From positions 7,161-71,160 of the IMG/VR virus record IMGVR_UViG_3300022602_000077: DNA of 64,000 nucleotides; one strand, 5' to 3'. The first letter of the stretch is position 1. Every line of letters starts with the position of its first letter. This DNA comes from a virus. Taxonomy: Duplodnaviria; Caudoviricetes. The position numbers and the translations under genes were made by a program. Shown here one piece after another: positions 7,186 through 16,023 of the stretch. The notes below the pieces were generated by a model. That model was not told where the DNA came from. It saw only the letters and a list, made by a program, of their open reading frames with translations, and searched no databases.

Positions 7186-9707
7186 CCCCCTAAAAGCTGT
7201 TGATAACGTAAAATTTCCACATCTTTCTTAAGTGTATACCCTTTTCGCATTTTGCCATATCTGCCAAATCTTAAATGTTCCGACTGCAATTCCCAATCTT
7301 TCATATTTCGCATTATAGAATGTAATTCCCGGCTTTTTTGCATGTCGAGGTCTTTTTCTGGTTTTCCCAGGGCCTCGCACCACAGTTCAGAGACGCAAAC
7401 CCGGTTACGCACAATGGCCCCTTCTTCCCGCATTTCTTCGTCCTCATGCATATACGCCAGCCGGTCGTAAACCCCTTTTCTCTCCCACGATTTTGGTAAA
7501 AGCATGTCCAGATAATCGCTGATAATACCTGTCCAGGGGTGGCTTTCCGTATGATAACTTTGCACCAAACGCGCCTGCGTTTCCATTTCTTCCGACAAAA
7601 AAAGTTCTTCCCCCTCCAAGTATATTGTCATAGCCTCCGCCCAAATCTGGCGCACTACCTCTTTTGTTAAATCCTTTGCTACATTATAAAACGGCTCCCG
7701 CACAAGAACCCTCACCGGCCAAAACCGCCTGTTACCGTTATTGCTTTGCAGAAAATCTTCTTCATTGGTCGAACTGCCGAAAACGCATTGCCTGCGGAAG
7801 GTCATGAGAAATTCACCATAAGAAGGCCGGTAGGTGTCCTCCACCCTGGATATAAAGTTTTTGGCCGCTTCCCGGTCGGTTTTCCGGTACCCGCTCATTT
7901 CGGCTATTTCCATTATCCAGCTTCCGGGAAGCTGCTCACAGGCCAACTGGTGTTTGTGTAGCATTGAGAAGCTGAAACTATCGTTGAACCATTCCCCGCC
8001 CAATTTCGCGAACAGCGTACTTTTCTGTTTTCCTTCCTCCCCTACCAGAGTGAGCACATAATCAAATTTTATCCCCGGCTGCATTACCCTTGCCACGGCT
8101 GCGGCCAGCCACTTACGGGTTACTACCCTGGTATAGTCCGTATCCGCAGCACCCAGGTAATCTATCAGAAGGGTATCTACCCGCTGCACCTTATCCCATA
8201 CCAGGCCACCGAGATATTCCCTCACGGGATGAAACCTGTTCTTATCGAAAATGCAGTCCAGGGCCATATCTATTTTAACGCCTGTGATACCATAGAGTTT
8301 TTCCATATACAGGTACAATTGGTTTTTGTCCTTTTTCTCCATGTACTTCCGGTCGCCCACTTTGCGCCAGGGAAGACCCCGCAGTATTACGGGCCGCTGC
8401 CTGAACTCATCAAACCCGAACCGTCCTTTTAACCTCGGGTCGTTTTCGAGGATGGTAACCATGTTTTCAACAGTGCTGAACACATTTCCCTTCTTGTCTG
8501 CTTTGAGTTTACCCTTCCAATCATCAGCGGCGCTCTCCGGAGCGTTAACCGGAGCGCCGCCCCCGTGATCGGGGGCAGCCCTCAATTCCTCCGGTCTTCC
8601 CATCGTAACAACTTCTTCTGCGCCCGGCTCTGCTTCTATATCGGCAAAGTCATAATTCGCACTTTCGTTTTTCTCATTTACTATCAGCGCCCGCACCGCT
8701 TCTACGCCTGTGGCGAATTCTTCCATCTGCTTCTGGCTGGGCCGCTGTCCTATGGGCGTATCCGGCAGGCAGCGGGCATCCAGGCCGCTGAATTTGTGTA
8801 TCCTTACCAAGTCCCACACATTGCAGAGCAATCCGCTTGCCGGGTCTGTGCCATGGTGGCTGTAAGCGTATTTATCATCATATACCACCAGCCCGGCTGC
8901 TGTGCTCCCTTCCCGGTAGGTATACCGGGCAGGTACGTCACACATTTCATATTCTTCCTGTAGAAAAGTTTCAATCGCCTCGGCCATTCCATAAGTACGG
9001 CAGAAGGCCCCTATGATACCGCGTTTCCCCAGCGGGTCGGCCTGCTCCCTGATCTGTCCTCTTATCAGTTCCCCTTCCCTGGTGCTCTGCGGCCACTCAC
9101 TGCAATCTTTCCAGTTCGTGTAGGTAGCCAGTATATCATCTGCGCACATGCGCGGGCCGTCCTGGTATTCCATCACGTATACCCCGTCTATACTGGTGCT
9201 CGGCCAGTACATCAGCCTCGATGCTTCATAACTGGTATGATCTATCCGTTCTATATTCAACTGTGAAGCTATGCGCCTGGCGATGGGCTCATATTCCTCC
9301 GCCGTGATCTCCCTGTCCATCGGTATGATCAGGCGTATCCGTGGCCGTTCCGCGTTGTGCTTATGCGTTGAATGCATAGCGGCGGCGTTGTCATAAAGAA
9401 TGCAGAAATCTTCCCATAGTCCGGGTGGCGGAAAGTCGGCATCCAATACGATCATGCTGCGATTCACCACACTCCCTTTCTTACGCTTGCCACCGGCCAG
9501 ATAACCAGCCACATAACCCCCCACATTTTTGATTTCACTCTGCCGGGCGGCATCCGCCTTCATATACTCCGCATAGGTCTCAAACGTCCGGTGCGTTTTG
9601 CTGAGTTTGCCTACGAAGTCACTCCAAAGCATTTCCTGGTTCTTCCAGTTCACCCGATGTATCCCGCTGGTGGCAATTTGTATAAGAAAATCATTAGTGA
9701 GGTTCAT
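7182..9707 (-). CDS. Primase-helicase (prim-pol-like N-terminus, VirE/VapE-type SF3 helicase C-terminus)
   Basis: IVLDADF, HSTHKH..xPRIRLIIP, LVGEEGKQKST (Walker A variant), IMEIAEM, SSTNEEDFL...GNRRFWPV. Confidence 0.9.
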   Translation of the reverse strand: MNLTNDFLIQIATSGIHRVNWKNQEMLWSDFVGKLSKTHRTFETYAEYMKADAARQSEIKNVGGYVAGYLAGGKRKKGSVVNRSMIVLDADFPPPGLWEDFCILYDNAAAMHSTHKHNAERPRIRLIIPMDREITAEEYEPIARRIASQLNIERIDHTSYEASRLMYWPSTSIDGVYVMEYQDGPRMCADDILATYTNWKDCSEWPQSTREGELIRGQIREQADPLGKRGIIGAFCRTYGMAEAIETFLQEEYEMCDVPARYTYREGSTAAGLVVYDDKYAYSHHGTDPASGLLCNVWDLVRIHKFSGLDARCLPDTPIGQRPSQKQMEEFATGVEAVRALIVNEKNESANYDFADIEAEPGAEEVVTMGRPEELRAAPDHGGGAPVNAPESAADDWKGKLKADKKGNVFSTVENMVTILENDPRLKGRFGFDEFRQRPVILRGLPWRKVGDRKYMEKKDKNQLYLYMEKLYGITGVKIDMALDCIFDKNRFHPVREYLGGLVWDKVQRVDTLLIDYLGAADTDYTRVVTRKWLAAAVARVMQPGIKFDYVLTLVGEEGKQKSTLFAKLGGEWFNDSFSFSMLHKHQLACEQLPGSWIMEIAEMSGYRKTDREAAKNFISRVEDTYRPSYGEFLMTFRRQCVFGSSTNEEDFLQSNNGNRRFWPVRVLVREPFYNVAKDLTKEVVRQIWAEAMTIYLEGEELFLSEEMETQARLVQSYHTESHPWTGIISDYLDMLLPKSWERKGVYDRLAYMHEDEEMREEGAIVRNRVCVSELWCEALGKPEKDLDMQKSRELHSIMRNMKDWELQSEHLRFGRYGKMRKGYTLKKDVEILRYQQLLGG

Positions 9708-9714
9708 GTCTGTT

Positions 9715-10500
9715 CTATTGTAAGATTAACATATCGTCAACCGTCTGTATTCTTTCACCTATCCATTTCATCACATTTACGGTCATGCTGTTGCCAAGAG
9801 CCGAGTATCGTTTGCTGTCGCTTGCTCCCGGTATATTGGTATAGTTATCCGGAAAGCCTTGCAGCCGCTCACATTCAAGCGGCGTAAGCCTGCGGATTAA
9901 AACTTTTTTCTTCGGTTCTACACAGTGGGCCACACCATGACAGTGCGCTTTACCCAAAGTGTTTGCTGGTTGCCCCGGTATTCCAATACCTGAGCCGCAT
10001 CGGTTTATCTCCTTATCTGCCGGTCTATCCATAATATTCTGCGTGTTTATAGGTATTGGTTCCACAGTATGCATTGTTTTTGTCATTCCTTGGGCGTTGT
10101 CGTGTGTTCCTTTCGGTAGTGTTGAGCATACACCATTTTCAAAATGTATCGTATCCTGCTGTGAGCCACCGTATCTTATGGGTTGCATAATGTTTTGTTG
10201 CGAACTTTTTTGAATAGAAAAAGCCAGTTCTTCACTGCCTAAATAACCTTTCCCGCCACCTTCAATTCCTCCCCTTTCCTTAAAAGCGACCGCCACTATG
10301 GGTTCATGGCCATGGGTTTGCGCTCTCAGTGTTCCTGTCGTTCCGTCATTGTAGATTTGCATAAACCCTCCCCCGTGGTCGTCTAATATTAAAGGCTGTT
10401 CATAACATAGCGCATGTATATCCGTAGCATTCAGGGTAAACGCCACTTCCTCGTTTATCCCATCACCCTGCGGCCCGTTCTTATCTTTTCTTCCTATCAT
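9715..10500 (-). CDS. C5-cytosine DNA methyltransferase, C-terminal part (variable region plus motifs IX-X)
   Basis: RRLTPLECERLQGFP and RYSALGNSMTV. The frame stays open upstream of the ATG (TINGGGLTYCLQGN). Confidence 0.85.
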   Translation of the reverse strand: MIGRKDKNGPQGDGINEEVAFTLNATDIHALCYEQPLILDDHGGGFMQIYNDGTTGTLRAQTHGHEPIVAVAFKERGGIEGGGKGYLGSEELAFSIQKSSQQNIMQPIRYGGSQQDTIHFENGVCSTLPKGTHDNAQGMTKTMHTVEPIPINTQNIMDRPADKEINRCGSGIGIPGQPANTLGKAHCHGVAHCVEPKKKVLIRRLTPLECERLQGFPDNYTNIPGASDSKRYSALGNSMTVNVMKWIGERIQTVDDMLILQ

Positions 10501-10535
10501 ATTTCCTTGCAGGCAGTAAGTAAGCCCCCCCCCGT

Positions 10536-11288
10536 TTATTGTTCATACGCTATCGGATTAATGTAATTCAATGAAATCCCCCCCCCTGATTTGCTCTGAA
10601 TCGTTCCTGATAATTCAGAGTTAGCCGTCATATTCCGGCAATCCACGCTACTCAAAACCAAACTGCCTGGTTGTCCGTTATCCTGTCCAGTCTGTTCACT
10701 GAATTGTTTAGTCAAAAAAGGGTGCGTGTTCTCAACGCTTTCCGAATCTATGATGAGGTTGTAATGCTCATCCCCGGCTGGCCCCCCCGTTGCTTTGGCA
10801 GTTAATGCTTCCATCAGTATTTCCGGCAGCACTTTGCCCCTTCTCTCGGCGCGGCGTAAAATCCCGGCACAAGCTTTCGCGCTCAAACAATACCGCAAAA
10901 GGTGGTCGCCAGTCTTTTCCAGAATATCCGATAACAAAGACACGTCTGCGCCGCTGTGGCACTCCGAAATGCCGTGAATCAAATATGCGCCATGCGATGC
11001 TGTAATCATCTGCTGTTCTTGCCTCAATAACGCCGCCCCTGCTGAATTTCTGGCTTTTGATGTCGTGGCCGCTCCATCCGCTAAGAAGGCAGGCGAAGTC
11101 GTTTCCGTTTCCTGAAGTAAGCACGCCCGGTACGTTTTCCCATACGAACCACCTGGGGCGTTTGTCTTTAAGAATCCGGATATACTCAAGGGCGAGGTTA
11201 GAACGTCCATCAGCCAGGCCCGCTCTGAGTCCGGCGATGCTGAATGCCTGGCAGGGGGTTCCACCGACGAGTAAGTCGAATTGCTCAT
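10536..11288 (-). CDS. Alternative-frame ORF overlapping the methyltransferase gene (M.EcoHK31I beta-like), continuing into variable-region sequence
   Basis: SLLSDILE..YCLSAKACAGILRRAERRGKVLP motif; then TGGPAGDEHYNL and SGTIQSKSGGGISLN variable-region repeats. Confidence 0.6.
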   Translation of the reverse strand: MSNSTYSSVEPPARHSASPDSERAWLMDVLTSPLSISGFLKTNAPGGSYGKTYRACLLQETETTSPAFLADGAATTSKARNSAGAALLRQEQQMITASHGAYLIHGISECHSGADVSLLSDILEKTGDHLLRYCLSAKACAGILRRAERRGKVLPEILMEALTAKATGGPAGDEHYNLIIDSESVENTHPFLTKQFSEQTGQDNGQPGSLVLSSVDCRNMTANSELSGTIQSKSGGGISLNYINPIAYEQ

Positions 11289-11511
11289 TCTGATAAGTTT
11301 TAGTTTCTTTGATTTTGGTCATATCCCCCAGGTTCGGCACACCGGGATAGTGGTAAGCCAGCACTTTACTTGGGAAGTCCGGCCCTGTTTTCCAGGAACC
11401 TGTGTAATTAAATTCAGGGTCATATTGGCTGAACCAAACAGGTTCCCACCCAAGGCCGTCCCAGGCTGCGGTAGCAGCCTCAATACCGGAGCAAACAGAA
11501 GCGTATTTCAT
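10768..11511 (-). CDS. C5-cytosine DNA methyltransferase, N-terminal catalytic part (motifs I-VIII)
   Basis: YASVCSGIEA (I), GGTPCQ (IV), WENVPG (VI), QRRRRVF (VIII); stops just after a G7 tract. Confidence 0.9.
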   Translation of the reverse strand: MKYASVCSGIEAATAAWDGLGWEPVWFSQYDPEFNYTGSWKTGPDFPSKVLAYHYPGVPNLGDMTKIKETKTYQNEQFDLLVGGTPCQAFSIAGLRAGLADGRSNLALEYIRILKDKRPRWFVWENVPGVLTSGNGNDFACLLSGWSGHDIKSQKFSRGGVIEARTADDYSIAWRIFDSRHFGVPQRRRRVFVIGYSGKDWRPPFAVLFERESLCRDFTPRREKGQSAAGNTDGSINCQSNGGASRG

Positions 11512-11783
11512 CGTATACTTTTTATTTCATCAAACTGAACAACCGCGTAACCTTCCGGAAAGCGCATACCACACTCTTTAAGCCAGCTTTTGAGCATTGA
11601 TCTGTTGGGGAAGTTTCTTTTAAGCACTACTACCGGCCCGTTATATACTTTCAGCATACCACTCTGGTAAATAGTCCGGCATTTTTCACTGCAATAGTTT
11701 TTAACCCCCACCTCACTTGGCGCACGGTGAAACATTTCCCCGCAGGCACTACAAGCCACCTTATTACCGAGCGTATTATTCAC
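11508..11783 (-). CDS. Small zinc-binding hypothetical protein
   Basis: CSACG...YCSEKC motif. Confidence 0.6.
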   Translation of the reverse strand: MNNTLGNKVACSACGEMFHRAPSEVGVKNYCSEKCRTIYQSGMLKVYNGPVVVLKRNFPNRSMLKSWLKECGMRFPEGYAVVQFDEIKSIR

Positions 11784-12147
11784 GATCGAGCATTGCGAAA
11801 AGTTCTTCCACCTTTACCCAATCCACATATGGCTTCGCGTGATCGCCCCATATCAGAGGGCAGCCTATGGCCCTCCGGTCAATTATCAGATCGGCGTGTA
11901 TGTTACAAAGTATACGTTCGCTCAGTCCTTTCTTGGGCAGCATTACCAACCCTTCCAGTTTGATGCCGTTGGTCTTGAACCATTTCACGGCATCGGCCAG
12001 CGCCCGGTTGTTCCGGGGCGTATTGAGTATTATTTTATGCCCGCGCTTTTGCAGGGTTCGCAGGGCCTCGGCAGCGCCCACTTCCTTACCCACCTTCGGG
12101 TAATCATCGGTAACACATGTACCGTCAAATCCAACTGAGATAGTCAT
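11776..12147 (-). CDS. HAD-superfamily (BT0820-like) phosphatase homologue with degenerate motif I
   Basis: ISVGFDGTCV..YP.VG, HKIILNT, ADLIIDRRA; the first Asp of DxDGT is Gly. Confidence 0.75.
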   Translation of the reverse strand: MTISVGFDGTCVTDDYPKVGKEVGAAEALRTLQKRGHKIILNTPRNNRALADAVKWFKTNGIKLEGLVMLPKKGLSERILCNIHADLIIDRRAIGCPLIWGDHAKPYVDWVKVEELFAMLDRE

Positions 12148-12166
12148 ATTGATAGAGTTTATAAGT

Positions 12167-12550
12167 TTATCTGTAAATGCGTTTAAGCGAAGAAAGACGT
12201 TTGATTTTTATAAAATAATTCTCCCATGCTAATGGGCTTTTAGCGTTCATCGGGTTTGTTTCATCATTATAGAGCCAAACCATTATAATCTCTCCTTTAT
12301 CATTGCGCTGAACTCCACTATCACCAGAAGAACTATTATGTGCAATACTTAAAAGGAATGCGTCTGTTAATCCTGCGTATTTAGTATAAATAGGAAGATC
12401 AACGAAGAAATCAGGCCCTTTTTCTTTATCAAACGCATTTCTTGTATTAAAGCCCAATGGTAAATACTCCCTATTAAACGCCCGCCACACCCCTGTGGTG
12501 CTTTTTCTAATCCCATAAGGAAGATTTATTCTGAAAAAATCTGTTAGCAT
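12167..12550 (-). CDS. Hypothetical protein (AT-rich insertion)
   Basis: 127-aa ORF, visibly more AT-rich than its neighbours. Confidence 0.7.
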   Translation of the reverse strand: MLTDFFRINLPYGIRKSTTGVWRAFNREYLPLGFNTRNAFDKEKGPDFFVDLPIYTKYAGLTDAFLLSIAHNSSSGDSGVQRNDKGEIIMVWLYNDETNPMNAKSPLAWENYFIKIKRLSSLKRIYR

Positions 12551-12561
12551 ATTTATAATTT

Positions 12562-14679
12562 TTATTTTCTGTAATAATCCCCTACAAACCCTTCCGCTCC
12601 CAGCGGCAGCCCCTTCGCCCAGCTTATCGGCGCTGCTATAAGAGCATTCAATTCTTCCAGTGTGGCCGGGTCGTCTTCATCACATTCACACACTATTTCA
12701 TCATGCACATCCATAACTATCGCAAAGTCCTGCCCATCCGCCCTGGTCATGGCCACCGCCAGGCAATCCCTTGCCACAGCCTGCACTATATTTTCCACCA
12801 GCTTGCCGCCATAAGTGTCAAGGGTCGTCCATTGTTTAGTGGTCTGGTTCATTCCCTCATACCGCAGGCTCTTGTTCTCGAATGGCTCACTGTTTATATT
12901 CACTATACCAAGAAACTCGTCTTCCTCACAGGGCATATTCGATAAGGTTTCCGCTTCCTTAAGCGGCAGCATAGTTTTCTGGCCCTTCTTATACCTGTTT
13001 ATATCTTCGTTGAATTGCACAAACACAACCCATGTTTTTTTAATCGTTGGTTTCAGGTAGGCCAGTTCCCTGCCACTCGGCAACTTTATGAACAATACTC
13101 CGCGCCTTACCTGGAAAGTTATACTATACGCGATTATCACAATTCTTCCTGGTTCTTCCACGGCCTTTATAGCAGCCTCATTCACTATCTTCCAATACCT
13201 CACTATTTCCTGGTTCTCTATCCGCCAGGCATGTACCAATGCCGGTAGTTCTTCTTCTGTAAGGCCCTGCTTCAAAGCGCCCATGGTAATCAGCGCATTT
13301 GCGCCCCCCTGGTAGCCCAGGGCCAGTTCTGCCACTTTACCCTTCTGCCTGAGCGGATTGTCCTTATCAATACTTTCAATCGGCACACTGAACATTTTGG
13401 CCGCACTGGCTTCATATATTTTCCCATGCGTGGCAAATACTTCCAGCCGCCACCGCTCACCGGCCAGCCATGCCAATACCCTGGCTTCAATTGCACTGAA
13501 GTCAGATACCTTGAAATGTTTCCCCTTACCACTCACGAACGCAGTTCTGATCAACTGGCTCAAAGTATCCGGCACATTCCCGAAAAGCATTTCCAGCCCT
13601 TCGCCGTCCCCCCGGGCCACAAGCTGCCGGGCCAGGTCAAGGTCTTTCAGATAATTACGAGGCAGGTTATGCACCTGCACCCCACGGCCTGCCCATCGTC
13701 CCGTCCGGCCAGCACCATAAAATTGCAGCAACCCTCTTACCCGGCCATCGGCGCATAGGTATTCCAGCATAGCCGCATATTTCTTGATACTGGTTTTGCT
13801 GAGTTCCTGTCGTATGGTCAGCACTCTTTTAATTACATCTTCTTTTATATAATTGGCCGCAGCTTCCCGCAGCACGGGTATATCTTCTTTGCGCAGCTTC
13901 GCGATCAGTTCCATGGGCATTTCCAGGGCCAGCCATTTTTTAAGCTGATCTGCGCTGTTGGGATTGGTGATGCCGGTCAGGCTTATCGCCTCAGTAATCA
14001 ACCGCTCCCGGTGGGCCTTATCTATTTTTATGGCGTTGTGTATAAACTGCTGATCTATCTCTATGCCGGTATCGTTTATTTTCTGGTCAAGATTCCAGAG
14101 TTCTTTCTCATCCGCTGGTATGCTATAAAAGGCAAGCTTATCCCCGATGGCATCTTCCACTACTACGTCCTGGCCGCAATAGCTTTTAAATTTCTCCCAT
14201 CGCTCAGGGTCATGCTCCGGCAGGTTCCTGGTTCTGAAACCATTGGCATGGCAGGGCTTGCAAGGCATACAGAAATATTTAATCAGGGCTTTCCCTTCCA
14301 GGTCTTTGCGCTGTTCCAGTTTCAGCACGTTAGCGCAGTTCCCCAGCGCCATAGGCAGGCCGAGCATAGCCGCCTTAACCATTGTGCAATACCAGGGTTC
14401 TGGTGACAGGCTGGGTAGCCCGAAATAAACCGCTAGGCAAGTACGTTCAAAGGCAGCATTCCACGCTCTCAGAATGGCCTTTCCTTCTATTATGGCCTCA
14501 GCCACATCTTCAGGTATTTCCTCTCCCTGGGCCAGATCAACAATTTGCACAGTTTCACCCTCCCACTTATAGGCCAGAAGTATCACATCGAAATTCGGCG
14601 ATTCCACATAAGGATAAATCCCGCATTTGTTCAGGTCTACGTCTGAGAAAGTTTCTATATCTATCGAAAGGGCTTTCAT
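12562..14679 (-). CDS. Family A phage DNA polymerase with 3'-5' exonuclease domain
   Basis: SIDIETFS (ExoI), WNAAFER, GRTGRWAGR, SDFSAIEAR (motif A), RQKGKVAELALGYQG (motif B), VHDEIV (motif C). Start 14679 is ATGA-coupled to the upstream stop. Confidence 0.95.
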   Translation of the reverse strand: MKALSIDIETFSDVDLNKCGIYPYVESPNFDVILLAYKWEGETVQIVDLAQGEEIPEDVAEAIIEGKAILRAWNAAFERTCLAVYFGLPSLSPEPWYCTMVKAAMLGLPMALGNCANVLKLEQRKDLEGKALIKYFCMPCKPCHANGFRTRNLPEHDPERWEKFKSYCGQDVVVEDAIGDKLAFYSIPADEKELWNLDQKINDTGIEIDQQFIHNAIKIDKAHRERLITEAISLTGITNPNSADQLKKWLALEMPMELIAKLRKEDIPVLREAAANYIKEDVIKRVLTIRQELSKTSIKKYAAMLEYLCADGRVRGLLQFYGAGRTGRWAGRGVQVHNLPRNYLKDLDLARQLVARGDGEGLEMLFGNVPDTLSQLIRTAFVSGKGKHFKVSDFSAIEARVLAWLAGERWRLEVFATHGKIYEASAAKMFSVPIESIDKDNPLRQKGKVAELALGYQGGANALITMGALKQGLTEEELPALVHAWRIENQEIVRYWKIVNEAAIKAVEEPGRIVIIAYSITFQVRRGVLFIKLPSGRELAYLKPTIKKTWVVFVQFNEDINRYKKGQKTMLPLKEAETLSNMPCEEDEFLGIVNINSEPFENKSLRYEGMNQTTKQWTTLDTYGGKLVENIVQAVARDCLAVAMTRADGQDFAIVMDVHDEIVCECDEDDPATLEELNALIAAPISWAKGLPLGAEGFVGDYYRK

Positions 14680-14960
14680 TGTTTCAAAGCCTTTTTCAGA
14701 TTGGCAATTTTGCGATTCAGATACCATTGCGCTTTTTCCAAATCCTGCAATTCTGTGGCCTTGTCTTTACGGCCAGCCCTGAGAATATATTTTACAGTGT
14801 TACCAAGATGATAACCGAGTTCTTTCGCTTCTATTACGTCTATCACTTCAATGCCTCCTGCTTTATAATGTGGTGGATGGTTCACCAGATCAATTACCGG
14901 TATTTGTTGAAAGCCAATAAATACATTTTCATCGGGCCCAGGGCCGTAAATTGTTTCCAT
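14676..14960 (-). CDS. DUF3310 (SaV-like) protein
   Basis: VNHPPHY..GGIEVIDVI...GNTVKYILRAGRK...DLEKAQWYL. Confidence 0.9.
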   Translation of the reverse strand: METIYGPGPDENVFIGFQQIPVIDLVNHPPHYKAGGIEVIDVIEAKELGYHLGNTVKYILRAGRKDKATELQDLEKAQWYLNRKIANLKKALKQ

Positions 14961-15029
14961 TTTGAAAAGGGTTTAAGGAGGTGACCTCATTTCTGAGGCC
15001 ACCTATAGGAGGGTTAGTAAGTAAGAGCA

Positions 15030-15587
15030 TTAAGCCAGAAGGTCTTCCTCAGCCTCAATGTCAGCGAAATCCTGTTCAGCAGATGCCCTGCCGCTCAGTG
15101 CGTCACCGTCTTTGGTCTTCATTAAATTGTTCAGGCCACAGGCGATACCTCTGTTACCGTTTACATCGAAATAGTAAAGATTTATAGATGCATTACCAAA
15201 ACACCCGCTGTAAAACTTGTCCTGGTCAATGATGGGCTCTTTCACCCTATTCACAATACCCGGCTTTGTCTTGCTGCTTGCGTTAATAAAATATGCGTCT
15301 GCATAAGCCTCGTCGTCCGGGCGTTCGGCATCACCGTCGCGGAGGGGCTTTTTGAAGTTGGCGGGCAGCTTGCCTTTGTTCTTTGCCTTTACTTCATCTT
15401 CCACAAATTTGATGGCGGCATTCAAAGCGGCTATACCCTCGGTATCGCTTTTCTGGATGATCAGGGAAACGCTGTATTTCGCTTCGCTGCTGTTGCCTAT
15501 CGCTTTGGGCTCAAACACATGTGCGTAACTGAATCGCACGTTTTTCAGGATTACTTTACTCGGAGATGCTGTAGTTGCGGTACTCAT
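15030..15587 (-). CDS. DUF2815 single-stranded DNA-binding protein (T7 gp2.5-like)
   Basis: VRFSYAHVFEP, KYSVSLII, PLRDGD, YSGC...NRGIACGLNN, acidic C-terminus. Confidence 0.92.
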   Translation of the reverse strand: MSTATTASPSKVILKNVRFSYAHVFEPKAIGNSSEAKYSVSLIIQKSDTEGIAALNAAIKFVEDEVKAKNKGKLPANFKKPLRDGDAERPDDEAYADAYFINASSKTKPGIVNRVKEPIIDQDKFYSGCFGNASINLYYFDVNGNRGIACGLNNLMKTKDGDALSGRASAEQDFADIEAEEDLLA

Positions 15588-15630
15588 TTTGATCGGATTT
15601 ACTGGTTAAAAAATGATATTCGTTTACTGG

Positions 15631-15981
15631 TTATTCGCCTGCATTTTCTGTCGGGGCTTCGTCTGTAACTTCTGCCGGAACTTCTGCCGCCGCTGTTGTT
15701 TCTTCTGCCGGAACTTCTGCGGGTATTTCTACTTTTGCCGGAACTTCTATTACTTCTGGTGCAATAGTCAGCATATAATTCCCACCAATCTGAAACATAT
15801 CTGCTGCCGCCTGGTTAATCGTTCTCAGAACCAGATTTGTGCCCCCGCTTAACTTATAATAAATAGAAGTAGCTTCATAAGGCACCGCCAGTTCTATTTC
15901 TGTTTCTTTCGGGTTACCAGAATAACCATACTGGAAGCCCTCTTTCTTCGAGGCGCATTGAACTTTTACTTGTGTTTCCAT
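15631..15981 (-). CDS. Hypothetical protein with acidic Pro/Ala/Glu-rich tail
   Basis: 116-aa ORF in the replication operon. Confidence 0.65.
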   Translation of the reverse strand: METQVKVQCASKKEGFQYGYSGNPKETEIELAVPYEATSIYYKLSGGTNLVLRTINQAAADMFQIGGNYMLTIAPEVIEVPAKVEIPAEVPAEETTAAAEVPAEVTDEAPTENAGE

Positions 15982-16023
15982 TTTCGCTTAGTCGGTTAAC
16001 GTGAACACCGAAACGTTTAGAGT

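Noticed and set aside
6968-7231. 87-aa plus-strand ORF with PKGVPKGVP
   Set aside because: Arises from the origin iterons; not credible as a protein.
12881-13040. Intein or intron in the DNA polymerase
   Set aside because: The insertion is short, in frame, and lacks intein terminal residues or homing-endonuclease motifs.
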